DNA of 64,000 bases from Antedon mediterranea (Eukaryota > Animalia > Echinodermata), in assembly GCF_964355755.1 (NCBI RefSeq), contig NC_092671.1:36528304-36592303 (forward strand), given 5' to 3'. Positions 35,601-49,800 of this stretch are shown here, in pieces; positions within the stretch are counted from its first letter, which is position 1; each line of letters begins with the position of its first letter. The notes below the pieces were generated by a model that did no database searches, was not told where the DNA came from, and saw only the letters and a program-made list of their open reading frames with translations. The position numbers were made by a program, and so were the translations under genes.

Positions 35601-38600
35601 TACTACAGTACTACTACTACTTAGTAATAGTATAATGTGCAGAGAATAATTTCGTCAGTGTAGCATAGCAAAAAGCTATACAAAACAACCTTATTGCTAA
35701 ACATTTCTAAAATTGTGTAGCAAAAAATACAATACAAAACTATGTTTCTTGACTCCAAAATCAGTTTGATTAGAAATATTGCTCAACAAAATTTTTTTTT
35801 AATGAAATTTTTCCCTGTAATAACCTAATATTAAAATGATTTCTTGCAAAACAAAAAAAAATCCTTAAAATTTAATTGATTTGATAATTACAGTATTATT
35901 TTACCTTGTAAATTACTTCAGCTTTCAAAATGTTGAGTTTGTTTCTAAAAATAATACTGACCGTTAATTTTAATAGACAACTACAGTATTAAGAAATTTC
36001 AATAGATTATTTTGTATTTGTAGGTTCATCCCACTTTATTTTATTAAGTATATTGTAAATATTATTAATTTCTGACTTTGACATTTGACTTTGAGAATTC
36101 TATTTATATCTATCAGTGTCATTCTATTCAAACCATATTAGTCATTTCTCATGCAATTTGCCAATCATTTTCTTAGGGCCTGTTCAGACCTGCAGAGTTA
36201 TGCTTTTGTACCGTACGCTGCGTACAACTCCATAGGTCTGAACCAGGAAAAGATTAGTGGAAGCGGCAGCCACCTATTACGACACTGATCTTTCGGTTGT
36301 TATGACAGCTCAAGGTACAAGATTAGTGAACGACGCTTACGATACGAACGTCATGCATCAACGATTTTTACCTCTAACCAATCAGGCTTATTCCTGCATA
36401 CCAGATGTTTTCCCAAATCAGTGACACTTCTTAGCTTCAAACGAAAGCCGCAGCGTTAGTTAGGCAAATCTGAACACTTTGCTGTTACAATGTTACTTTA
36501 TATTATGACATTGCTTGCCATTCTGTACCCTTATTTTTTTTTTTAGAAATCAAATTAAAAATGGAATGTGGCCAACATCTTGGTGGAATCTTGGTGTTAC
36601 AGTGGCATTAGTTTCCATGGTGATAGTCAGTGACCTTGATATATTTAAATGCATTAATAGAAGACTATGGGCTTTTGGTGAATACTTCTATATTTCCAAT
36701 AGTAAGTATGGAAGGTAATCTTGGTCAAAAACAATCACATTCGTCATTTTGTTGTGTCATAAGTTGATAAAAATTGAAAAGACAATCGACGCATTTATTT
36801 TCTCTTGTTACCGTAATTAACCATAAAAAATACACATCTAAGACAAAACATGGACCTGGTTTAATGTTTTGTAAAGTAATATATATATGCATTATATTTA
36901 CAAAACATCAACAATTGTAGGGAAAGTATCTTTAATTAATATCTTGGATATATATATGGTTAGCGCCTATAGCGTCAAAAGAAAGCCATGCCAAAAATAA
37001 GTACCAAGAATCTTTGTTTATTAATTAATATTATTATTAAGTTAATTAATAATCATGATTATTTTTTCAGCACCTCAATATTTATATGTTAAGGTAGTCA
37101 TTTTATCGTGGCTTTTTGGAATTTTCTTCTTCATCATTGTATTGTACGTTAGACGTTATCTGCTTCGACTTCTACTAGCATATAAAGGATGGCTGTGTAA
37201 GTATTATCTTACATTCTCATACATTTGTAGGCCTGTTTTAAATTAACGTACTGAAGCACGGAAGTTTAAGTCTTCACTCAAAACAATAGACCCATTGTTG
37301 TGTTGATTTCTTAATAGAATTCTTATGTAAAACCAGAAACCCACACATGTGTTACTGTTATGTTGTACAGTGTAAGTAAAGATATACCCTGTAGTGATGA
37401 CATGATCTCTAATAATTTGTAGCTTGGTGGTTAACGTGCTTGCCTTCCAATCAAAGTCCGGGGTTCAATCCTGACCAAGTGTCAGGATTGTAACTCATTA
37501 CTCTTTCAACTCCACTCCCTAAGACTCAAATGAGGCTTAGTTTATAAGCACGATCAATCATTAAATAGTTTATCCATCCTGTAATTTGCAAATTACTCAC
37601 TGTCTGATGCGAATGAAATAACAAAAAAATGTTTTAATTAAATTTGAGATTTTTATTTCAGATGAGCCACCAGCGAAACAGTCGTGGATAACATTATTAT
37701 GGGGCGCTTGTATGAGGTTAGTGACTGGTTCGAGTCCCTCAACGTACAGTTGTCAACAGAGTCTACCTCGAATGCCCGTACCATGTTTACGAGCCACTAT
37801 CAGGAAGTTCATGAAGTCAATAAAGCCATTAGTTAGCCAGGAAGAATATGATCAATTTAAGAAAGAAGGACTGGTAATGTTTAGTACTTATTACTATTTT
37901 GTCATCAGGTCTGGTTATTAAATTACACAACAGTAAAACTCCTATTAAGGCCAATACACAGATGAGCAGTAACGGTAATAAAAATATAGAATCTATGTTA
38001 TTTCTTATGACCATTTACACACAACATGGAGCAGACGGGTGGTTTCTGCTCAAGATAGCTACAGATTCTATGTGGGACAAGCTACGCGGTTTTCCGCTTA
38101 CTGTTACCGCTCGTCTGTGTAAATTGGCCTTTAAACGGATACTTTTTGACCCAAACAGTGTCTCCTTAAAAAGGGTGTCCCCTGAATATGACCATCCCAA
38201 AGGAGGGGTTGTATATATTTTAAATCAATATTTTCAAACTACCAAAGCAGTAGCACTAGGTATCCCAATGAAGCGGATTTTCGTTACCGCGATTTTAACA
38301 CGTTCGTGAAATTTCAAAAAGTGACGTGTCTTTGAAGTTAAAAATATACTATTTCTTATATACACATGTGAATAAAAATTATATGTCTGGAAAGATCTTG
38401 TTTAAGGAATTATTTTCATATATTTTTAATCTATGTTTATTAAATATTTTAATAGAAAACGCGAGTTAAAAATGAGGTACAAAAGCCGGCGAGCCGAAAT
38501 CCGCGCGCTAAAAATAACTTTGGAAAACACCTACCCATTTTCAAAACACGATCGCATGAGGTCCATAATAGGTGGTGGAGTAATTTTTGTTGCATGTTAT

Positions 38601-41600
38601 CAGGCTTTAAATACTCTTTATTTTGATATGTAAATCGGTTATTATTATTATGTACATCCGCCTCAAATGTCAATTTTAACGATAAAAATTGAATTTTTTA
38701 GTCTTTCTCATTATCAAAATCTGGCTAATTTAGTATTGAATTGAAGCTAATTTATATTTCTGTTTGATAAACCACATCGTTTTATTTGACTTTGCGTGGA
38801 CCTCGTGCGAAGAGGCCAACAAGACCAACCACTGAAAAAAATCATCCCTACCATAAATATCAGTGTTTACCATTTTCTTTACGGGGGGGATTCAGTTCTC
38901 CGCTTATTACTAAATTACCGTCGCCCAGACAATGTGCATGGTATGCATGTATTAGCGCGTTAATTAATGATTGGATAACCCCTGCAGTGGACTGTTCCAT
39001 TTTCTGAACTAGTCTTCGCCGCACACGAGGCATGTCGAAAAATGTCGCCTCTCATGGAATATTTGCTTCGAAACGTCAATTTTACCGATTTATTAAATTA
39101 TTTAATAAGTGGAATATTTATAAATCTACTATATAAAGCAAGTACGTTAGGAAGAAATGTACCGAAGAAATTTAAGAAGCTTTGATTTTGCTATGCAGCG
39201 GCCGTAAGCCATTCTATGTAGGCGGCCGAAACGCGCTTTGGCCTGTGTTGCCGTTGTATGTCTACGCTGTTTCTAGGCCTAAATTTTATTCCGTATATTT
39301 CAATTCAAAGTGCAACTTTCGGTTAGAATTATCGAAAGGGAAATAAAATTAAACATGTTACAATTATACCATTGAGGTAATTACTTTGTTAAATAAAAAA
39401 TTTCTTCCCGATATTTCTTAGGCAGAATTTTCGTCAGGCTTTTATTTAGACCTTAGCTAGGGGCCTATATAACTTAACTTGTAGTAGGCGCGGCCGAGTC
39501 TACGTTCGGCCCGGCGCTCCAAATGGAATCGAACACATAATAAGCACGGGCTTAATTCTTATTTTTGGCGGTTCGAAAATCAATTAAAATAATATATGAT
39601 TATAAATATAACTTTAAATACTAGAATTATTAAAAAAATGTATACTTACGAAAAATAATATTTAATGAAAAGAAACAATACCCACACAGTTTTTTAATGC
39701 AATATTTTTTTTTCTTCACATTTTAACATTTTTAACAATATTTTATGTTGTATTTCAGAATTACCTACCTGTCAATATAAATAACCTTACTAAAATACAT
39801 ATTACATTTTATGCAATGCAAAAAAAAAGAAGTTAATTCACACATTGGTTCAAAAGTTATGAATCATTTAAAGACAGGAACTTTTTGGGCATTTTTGAGA
39901 CATTGGGAAAATCACGCGTAAAAAGCCCTCGGACGAATTTTGGAGGGCGATATCTAAAAAAAAAAAATGTCGAGGACACCCAAAAAAAAAATATTCTTGT
40001 ACAACTCTGTTGTATCTATGGGTTTGGAAAAAATAAGAACTTTAAAATTATTAGTATAAAAGTTATAATCCTTCAAAAATGGGTTCAAATATAATTAGAA
40101 AAAGTGCCATTTTTCAAGCAAAAATCACTGTTTTTTGGGCACTTTAACGGACCATAACTTTTGAATGGATAATCCGATTTCAGTCATTTAAATTGCAAAA
40201 GTTTATGTTCAGTAAGTTCCTTCTGATTAACTGAAAGAAAAAGTACCATCATTAATTTGAATTTTTACATTGGGATACCTAGTAGCACCCCTATTGAGGG
40301 GATACCTTTTGGATCATAACAGTGTCCTCTTAATAGGAGCATCCCCAGGGTTATAATATATTTTAAATCAAAATTTTTAAACTACCATAACTGGTTATTT
40401 GTATTTATTTACATATTTCAATTCTTGAATATTATTATTAATATAGGCATGATAAAATAGAAATATTCATAAAATCAGATGCAAAAGATACAATCAATTT
40501 CCTTCCTTAGGATGTGGAAAACTTTGTGGTTGTAAAAATAGATGAGTTTATTGCCCTCAAATCACTACTGTAAAATTAATTTTAAAAAAAAAACAAAACC
40601 CATCAACTATTCTAAACAATGATATACATACCTTGAAACATAGTCTGGGTTCCAGACAGAGTCTTGACTTCATATTAGTAAAAAGATAAATATTTTGGCA
40701 CATATGGCATTTCATACGTATACTACTTGAGCTTGTAAACTGTATTTTCATACAAAAATTGAAAAGTCGACTGGTGGACTAACATAAAAAAGACAATAAA
40801 TACAGACTTGGGGCAAGTCTACTTGAAACATTATGTAGAATTAAAGTTTTTAGAATCAAAATTTTCGTTTCTGATGAAGGACAACTAACGTTGAACTTAC
40901 CAACGTTTCGTGCGTTAGCATCGCACTTTTTGGGAAGGAGATGAATTTTTTCAATTTTATTAGAATTAAAGTGTTATAAAAGCTGATACAATAGTATGAA
41001 GTGCAAATTACGTCAGAGTAGGGCAAACATCTGATCAATTAAGTGTTACTGTTATTATGTAACATCATGGAGAGAAGAAACTTTCTTCATGGTAACATTA
41101 ACAATAATTTATGTTCTGATTATAGGAGTTTGAACAAAAGGTTGCTCCAAAACTTCAAAATTTTCTTCATCTAAAGAGTTGGTGGTCTCAAAATTATGTT
41201 ACAGATTGGTGGTGAGTATAAACAGGGTAGTTAGGTATTTAATTGCATTTCAGGTCAATTTATTGGTACCATCAATTTTAAGAAAAATCCGTCACTACAA
41301 TAGTACAGCTATAAACCGTATAAACTAAATATTTAAAAATTAATGTTTAAACTTTTTTGCCTGAGGTGTAAAACTGTTACTTATTATAAATGTTAAATTT
41401 TTTTTAAACAGTCAATTTTCATGTTGTATTATATTTTAACCAGATAGTCTTAAGCATTTTATCCCATAAACTGTAATTATTAAATATTGAATGATGAAGA
41501 ATAGAAAATAATGTCTTCAAATTACTATGCTAGATATTGTATACAAATCTAATCTTTATTCGTTTCATTTATAAAAAATGTACATGGAAAAATTGTTTTC

Positions 41601-44600
41601 CTCTACAGAAAAATATGGTAAAACATTCACATTTACATCGAACAAAATTACAATTTAAAAACATAAATTAAAACAGCCATCAACTGTAAAACTTTAAAAT
41701 ATATATTGCATGTGCGCGATTATGATCTAACAATCTTTGAGTTAAAAATATGAGTTGAATTTGGTACAAAAGACAGTCGGTTTCTTGACGTATCAGCTTT
41801 AGGAACCCGTAGCCGGCCTGACTTGTTCTTATAAAATCTCATAAGTAATGGATGTTTCTTATCTTCTAAAATTTCACTTAATTTACTTAGGACCTGTTTA
41901 TTTCATAACGATATTTTAAATCATTATCATTATTTTATCATTATAAATTGGAAATGAAAAGGAAAGTAATATTATATATTATTAATTATTACTTTTGTGT
42001 ATTGAATTCCTTTCAGGGAGAAATATGTATATTTAATGAATAGGTCGCCAGTTCATATCAATTGTAATTATTACGGTCTTGATAATTTTAGATGGAAGCC
42101 TACAACATTCCAGTGTGCAAGGTACAGTATGTGTGTTATAAATACTATCTCAAACACAAATAAGATAATTGGTCAGATGTTTTGCCCTACTCTGACATAT
42201 TTTGTACTTCATAATAAGTACATTTGAGAATACTTACAAAAAAATTAATTCTCAGGTGGGACTCGAACCCACGACCTCCAGACCACTAGCTATCAGCGCA
42301 AGCTTGGTGGTCTAGAGGTATGAACTCCAGGCTAGTGTTTTGGAGGTTGTGGGTTTGAGTCCCACCCGAAGACGCAAAGCTACTCCACAGTAATACGATT
42401 ACAACAATTAAGATGTTTAACAAGAAAGATTTTAATCATGTATTTTACCGCCATCTTTTAATTTTACATTTTAATTAACATCGTATCTAAAATTTTAAAT
42501 GAAAACAAATATGGTTAATACTGAATTCAAGCATCATTATGTAAATATACCTGTATTTTATATACTTTAAACACTTACTTTAATTGTAACAAATGTACAT
42601 ATATACCGTATACAATATATTCATAACTCACATAAGACAAACAAATAAATACTATCTCTGTGATTGGCACAGATGTTCTTATTCTTTTTATTTTCAACAT
42701 TCTTTGGATCATATTTTTATCGTTTCCTGATATGGTTTTATAATTTATGCTCCTCTAATGACAATTGGATTGAATCATTGTTGTATATCTTATAATATTA
42801 ATAGTTGTGGTGAATAATAAAAACATGTTTTGTTATAGGGCTGGTGCAATTACACATATGATAATGTGTTTTAAGAGAATATTGGAAAGAGAGCAGTTAC
42901 CAGCTATGCGTATACGTAATACAATATCTGTGTGTATGTCTCAGTACGAGCGTGCATTTGGTACTACCCGGTTAGTATTTTTTATAAACCACTTTGAAAA
43001 AAGGGGGAAATTTCACCTTCCTCTAAACTAAGGTTTATTATGCTGGTTTGGTAGAAGGTTTGGCCAGATACAGATACAGATTCATTTATTGTCCAAAATA
43101 ATAATGGAAATTACAGTGCTCATAAACCTTGGCTTGCCTAACATAAATATAAATATAAAGGGGACTATCTAACAAATGTTTTGTTATAATGCCTTATCCC
43201 AGCTGGGTAGAACGAGTAATTGTAACGGTCCGTCTGCGCATTCACCGTCCTCATCCTACCACTTCTAACGATAAGATGAGTAGTACCCAAAAATAAGATT
43301 TGAACCAGTACTCTAGCATTGATAAGCAAGCATGTTAACTGCTAAATAATACCATTTTCCTTGCAGTTTGCTTCATTAAGTGGTAACTTATAAATGTTAT
43401 GTGTATATAGAAAGATATTGAAAATCAAATGATTAGAGATGATATATTTTCTTTGTAGAGTTCCAGGTGAAGAAATAGATGAGTTAGTACAAGCACATTC
43501 CTCGCAATCAAAGGTAAAATTAATAATCAATAAAATTCATTGTTTTTAAAAAATAAAAATGAATGCTTAATGTGTGAATTTGCTATTGTTTCTGGCTTTC
43601 ACACCAGTCCCACCCTAGTCCACTTATATTACAAGTTTCCTGGACTTTCTGCATTCTCACTCTTGAGGACGATCAAAGCATATTGATCGAAACGTCGAGA
43701 AACACAACAGTTATTTTCAGAACTAATATACGTGATGTACAACAACATTTGATTTCGCCATGCAAACCTTAAAACAATATATTAATGTTTAATGGTTAAA
43801 AAATCCATATATTTTTTTAATATTTTGCTATTCGACACTAAATTTAATATTTGTATTTTTTGTCATAGCATATCATTGTTCTCAGGAAAGGCATATACTA
43901 TAAAGTAGATATGATGGACAAAGAGGGTCAGCTGTTATCACCAAAAGCTATGGAAGGCATTATGGAATGGATTATAAAAGATGCTGATACCCATCAAGGT
44001 ATGAATGAACTATATACTTGGGGCGGATCCAGGATTTTCTGAAAGGGGAGAAAGGGATTCTGCACCAACTCAGTTGGTTGGGGCAGAGTAGAGGAGATTT
44101 TGAAAATATGACATCTATATGGTCGGAAATGGCACTCTCATGTTATTATAAATGTGTTGATAAATGAAATTGATATTTTAAGTATGAAAACTAAGGTATT
44201 AGCTTATTAAAAGGTGACATTTTTCCCCTATATTTTAATGATTTATTTTTGCTTGTATATACACATAGCGGTTGTGTTTCGAACAAGTGCGCCCCCACAT
44301 GATGGGTAAAGACCTTGTCATGCGCCAATCGAACCTTCACGCACCGAATTCACCAGAGTTGGCTATGAATCATTTCTTCTTTTTTTTATAGCTGATATAA
44401 AGGGGGATGCGTGCCCTTGGATTCTAGAATTTTAACCACAAAATTTAAAATTTAAATTTTGGAGAACAGCATCTATAATTATTTTTTGTTAGATTCTAAA
44501 ACGGCAAAAGCTGGTGAACATATTGCATCGCTAACAGGTTTAAAACGTGCTGATTGGGCAAAGATTCGGCAGGAACATCTCCTTGAGGGAGTGAATAAAG

Positions 44601-46865
44601 AAACGCTAGAAAAAGTTGAAAAAGCAGCGTTTATGGTTAGTTAGCTTTAATGTCTTAATTTTAATATATTTTTTTTTAAATTGTTTGTTGATTAATTTTT
44701 TAAATGTTATTTCTATTGTTGTATACTGTTTTATTTGTATATGAAAAATTATCTGTATAATACAGATAATTTTTCGAAATATAGAAATGAAAAAGACATT
44801 TTTTAACATTATTTTTTATTGTAATTGTGTAAGTGTACACTGTTGTATTGTTTACAATGAAAAAGACCACTAGCTAAACATTATTTAATAAATTAAAATG
44901 GGGGGTATGTGAATGTTTTCAAATACCATCTTGTGTGGAGTAAAAATAGAGAGAATTGGAATAGGAATAGAAAACAATTTTGCTATTTTTTTACTACAAT
45001 AAATTAAATAATAAGTCATGTATAAATCAAAAATTAAATTTCTTTGTTTATAGGTAAATTTGGAAACCATTTCGCCTGAGGATATAGAACAAAGAAGTAA
45101 TTACATGCTTGGAGGTAGTGGAAGTAGTTTCTGGTTTGACAAGTCCATCTCTTTATGTTTCTTTGCGGACGCTAGATATGGATTCAACGCTGAACATTCA
45201 TGGGCAGATGCCCCGGTTGTAGCTCACATTCAGGAATACTGTATGACCGAAGAGTAAGTATTATTTTACAATTTTACCAAATATGGGTAAATTTACAATT
45301 AAGTGAATTTTAACTTTTCTGTAATATATTCTGTGTAAATTTTACCAAAGGTAAATATAAGTGAGTTGTTGTATCATATTTTTACTTTTATGATAGTTTG
45401 TCCGGTTCCAATTTTTTGTTATGTATTCTTTGTAAATTTATCAAATTAGGTAATTTTTCAATTTAGTAGGTTAAAAATATTTTTTTCCACACTTTATTAA
45501 TTATATATTAGTTTGTCTGGTTCAAATTTGTTTTGTATTCAGTGTCAATTTTAACAAATAAGGTAAATTTACAATTTATAGTGAGTTTTAAATAATTCTC
45601 TTTAAAATCTCTCTGTCACACTGTATTATATACATCCTTGTCTACACACTATCAAACTGTATGTGACAAACAAATGTGATGTACCCATATATAAATATGA
45701 TGATGTCATATCACTACCATATTTGGGAATATCACTAACATATTTTTTATCGCTACCACACTTTTTTGGTCAAATTAGTTTGATAGTGTGGACAGGGCTT
45801 AAGAATAGAAAGAATGATATATACTTACGCTTTGTCTACGCTATCAAACTTTATGTGACAACAAAATGTGATGTGCCCATATATGGACATGATGATGTCA
45901 TATCACTACTATATTTGGGAATATCACTACCATATTTGGGCACATCACACTTTTTTTGTCAAACTAATTTGAGAGTGTAGACAAAGCTTAATATCGATAT
46001 GCTTCCTTTTTAATTTGATTTTTGTATTAAATTACAATCTGTTTTATGTTTTTATCTTATTTTTTTTCCTTTATTTTGATTGAAATCAGAATTCTTAGTT
46101 TTCTTCGGCATGATGATTCAGACAGGCAAGATATACAATATTTATTTTATTGAGTTTGCCAAAATGTATTAATTAACCCAATGCTTTTTAAACCAATTAA
46201 AGCTCTGTCTACACTATCAAACTTTATGTGAAATAAAAGTGTGATGTGCCCAAATATGGTAGTGATAAGACATCATCATTTACATATGAGCATATCACAT
46301 TTTTTTGTCATATAACGTTTGATAGTGTTTGTAGACAGAGATTTAGATATTATATATAAGTTCAGTAATTTCCAATTTTTATATTATTTTTAGTTTTGCA
46401 AAGCTTTAGTTGTTAAATGCACTACACAATATAATAAAATATAATTCTTTACATAATTATGATGATTGGATTTTGAAATTGTAGCATTTATTGCCTAGTT
46501 GCTTATAAATCCTGACATTAATTTCTCTTTTTATTTTATTTATTTTATTACATATTTTTATGTGAAGAGCATAGAAACATTAGGCATTATGCGCTTAAAA
46601 GACAAAATTTATTATTATTAGTATTATTATTATTATAGTAAAATAGCTAAACCCAACTAACTACATTTATTTAATAATTTATTACCGTATTTTGATTTTT
46701 ACGTTTAAAATTAATGTTAAAATTATGTTTCTCCTTCAGCAGGGTTTTGGGAATAGACTTTAAAAAAAACTAGAAATAGAATTTATAAAAAGATCACTGC
46801 TTTGGTACAAATTGTGTGTTAGGCTTGTCAATGGCGGATCCAGGATTTTGTTTTGTTGGTGGGAT

Positions 46866-46898
<33 letters not shown>

Positions 46899-49800
46899 GG
46901 GAGAGAGAGAGGCAAGACCTAAACATTGTGCTTAATTTGACCTATGTCTTAAGGCCCATTTACACTAGGAAGATAACAATCAACGATAAATATGTATATT
47001 GTTTGTATATATAAATCCAAAGGCAAATTACTGAAAAAATGACAATGCTGTGGATATCAGTGGCTGGATCTCAATGGAGATACAAAAAAAAAAGTAAAGC
47101 CAGAAAAGTTAGCAGAGCTAATATGTATTTTCATACATAAAACAAAAGATATCTAACAAGTTTTCATACTATAACTATAAGAAACCATCTATGCTTCCTT
47201 TGATGAAAATGATATTTTTATGTCCAATCAAATGACGTCACGATTGATAGCAATAATATCGTAACAATACAACGATTTGATTGGGTTATTAAAAAAATAT
47301 TATTCTTATCAACATAAAGCACATCAACATAAATGATTATCCTAATCCTATAGTTCAATAGCAAAAACCCTTCAAATTTGTTTCACTTTCTGTAAGAAAA
47401 TGTTTATTTATCATTGACCATTATCGTCCTAGTGTAAATGGGCCTATATCTTTTGCAATAAAATGTTCAAAATATGGAAAGCTGAGGCTTCATCTGAATC
47501 ACCTATGTGTTTGATGCATGGTCGTTGTTGATAGTTGAATGTTTACAGACTAAAATGTAAGGCCTTTACAGCTTTGTCTACACTATCAAACTCGTTTGAC
47601 AAAAAAGTGTGATGTGACCAAATATGGTAGTGATATGCCCAAGTATTGTAGTGATATGACATCATCATGTCCATATATGGGCACATCACTTTTTTTGGCA
47701 CATTTTGATTTTTGATAGTGTAGACAGGGCTTACAGTAAGACTAGTCAATGTTGACTTAATTGGTATTTAATATGAATAGGAATACTCGGTAATATTGGA
47801 AAAAATTATTCTATTAATAAGTATTATTATTAATAATGTTTACCCTGTAATGATTTCACACAAAAATTGACACATGCACAATTATATTTAATCCAAGCGC
47901 ATTATAACTGTATTAATTTTCACTCAAAGTAATAACAGTTTATCACAAGTAACATAGATTGCCTCACTTATACTTTTATTACAGATTTAAATCCAATTCC
48001 TATTCTAAAGTAATGGAAAATACACAAACTCACATCACCAATCAGGACCAACTAAACAAAACAGTAACACTCGCCATATAATGTTATGTTATTTTCTCAC
48101 ACTTGGGTAAATTTGGACATAATAAATAATGAATAAATATTTAATTATTAAATATTATGGTACAGGTCTGTATGCTGGGGTGGTTTTCAGGATAAACACC
48201 ACAACTATTTGAAGTTCCTCCAAAGCCAGCCTCAAGCCACAGTTAGTTAGTTTCTCTCCAAACCCAATTGAGAACTCTGCACAGTCCTGTGTTATATATA
48301 TTTTCTGAACTGCCTTTTTTCTTTTTTTGACAGCCCTGTTTACAATATCAAACTTTCTGTATCACAAAATAAGTGATGTGCCCATATATGGACATGATGA
48401 TGGCATATCAGTGTTATCACTACCATATTTGGGTATATCACTACATATTTGACACTAGTTTGATAGTGTGGACAGAGCTTAAGTCTGTCATTGTCTTGTT
48501 TTTATCATCCCTATGCTTTGCTTTCTATTTGGTATTTCTATTTTCATAATAAAGTATTTTACTCCAACAGGATTGAATGATATTTATAAATTTATTTGTA
48601 TTATTTGTACACTTTATATCTGATAAATTATTATTCTGACAAATACACACACCATGAACACAAGTATGAAAGGCATGTTATTTAAAAAAGGTTGATTTCT
48701 GGCTTTAGAATAAAAGAGAAGAAAGATATTTTAAAATAAAATATTTATGTGTGTAAATTGTTCTTCAACCATGAAAGTTGAAAGTACTATAACTATTTGA
48801 GAGTAACTCCTCTGTGTTTGAACTAAAGGCCAATTTATACAGACAAGCTGTAACAGTAATAAAAATATAGAATCTATGTTATTCCTTATGACCATATACA
48901 CACAATACAGAGTGGACAGGCCGTTTCCGCTCAAAATAGATATACAGATTGTACATGGGACAAGCTACACGGTTTTCCGCTTACCATTACCGCACGTCTG
49001 TGTAAATTGGCCTTAACAAACCAATATTAAAATATACTTAGATCTTAAAAGTTACCTTTGAAGTTTTGTTCTTTTTTCATGAACAGTTTCTTAAAATCAT
49101 AATTGCGTAATTTATCATTTTTCCCTAATTTCGGCTGGAATGACCACCCTCATAAAATATGGTTGAAATAAATAAATACAATTTGTGTCTTGTACTTTAG
49201 GGTACTAGGTGATCTGTATACCGAAGATGGACATTGTAAAGACGTACCAGGAGTTACACAGTCCAGTTATAAAATGCCGACAATGTTGATATGGGAAGTA
49301 AATAACCAGCTATCAATTCATATAGAACGGGCAATGACCTTTGTCACAGAGGTAAGCATAGCATCAACCCATTTACAGTATAAAGCCCTGTCTACATTAT
49401 CAAAGTTTATGTGACCAAAAAAAATGTGATGTGCCCAAATATGGTAATGATATGCTTAAATGTGGTAGTGATATGACATCATCATGGCCATATTGGCACA
49501 TTACATTTTTTTGTCACATAAAGTTTGATAGTGTAGACAGAGCTTAAGACTTCTCTTTCAATTCAGTATTTGACCTATTTATTTGCATATAGACCTAGTT
49601 TATACAGGTTTGGATTATATTATTTTGGACTGTGAGTTGTTAAGCTCTGTCTACATTATCAAACTAATTTGACAAAAAATTGTGATGTGCGCACCAAAAT
49701 ATGGTAGTGATATTCCCAAATATAGTAGTGATATTCCCAAATATGGTAGTGATATTCCCAAATATGGTAGTGATATTGTGTGAAATCCAAAGTAGCCTTG

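Noticed and set aside
40865-40940. Additional hammerhead ribozyme (also weak motifs at ~22992 and ~50590)
   Set aside because: A stem II and GAAACGTT are present on the minus strand but the CUGANGA core is decayed. The other two lack paired stems.
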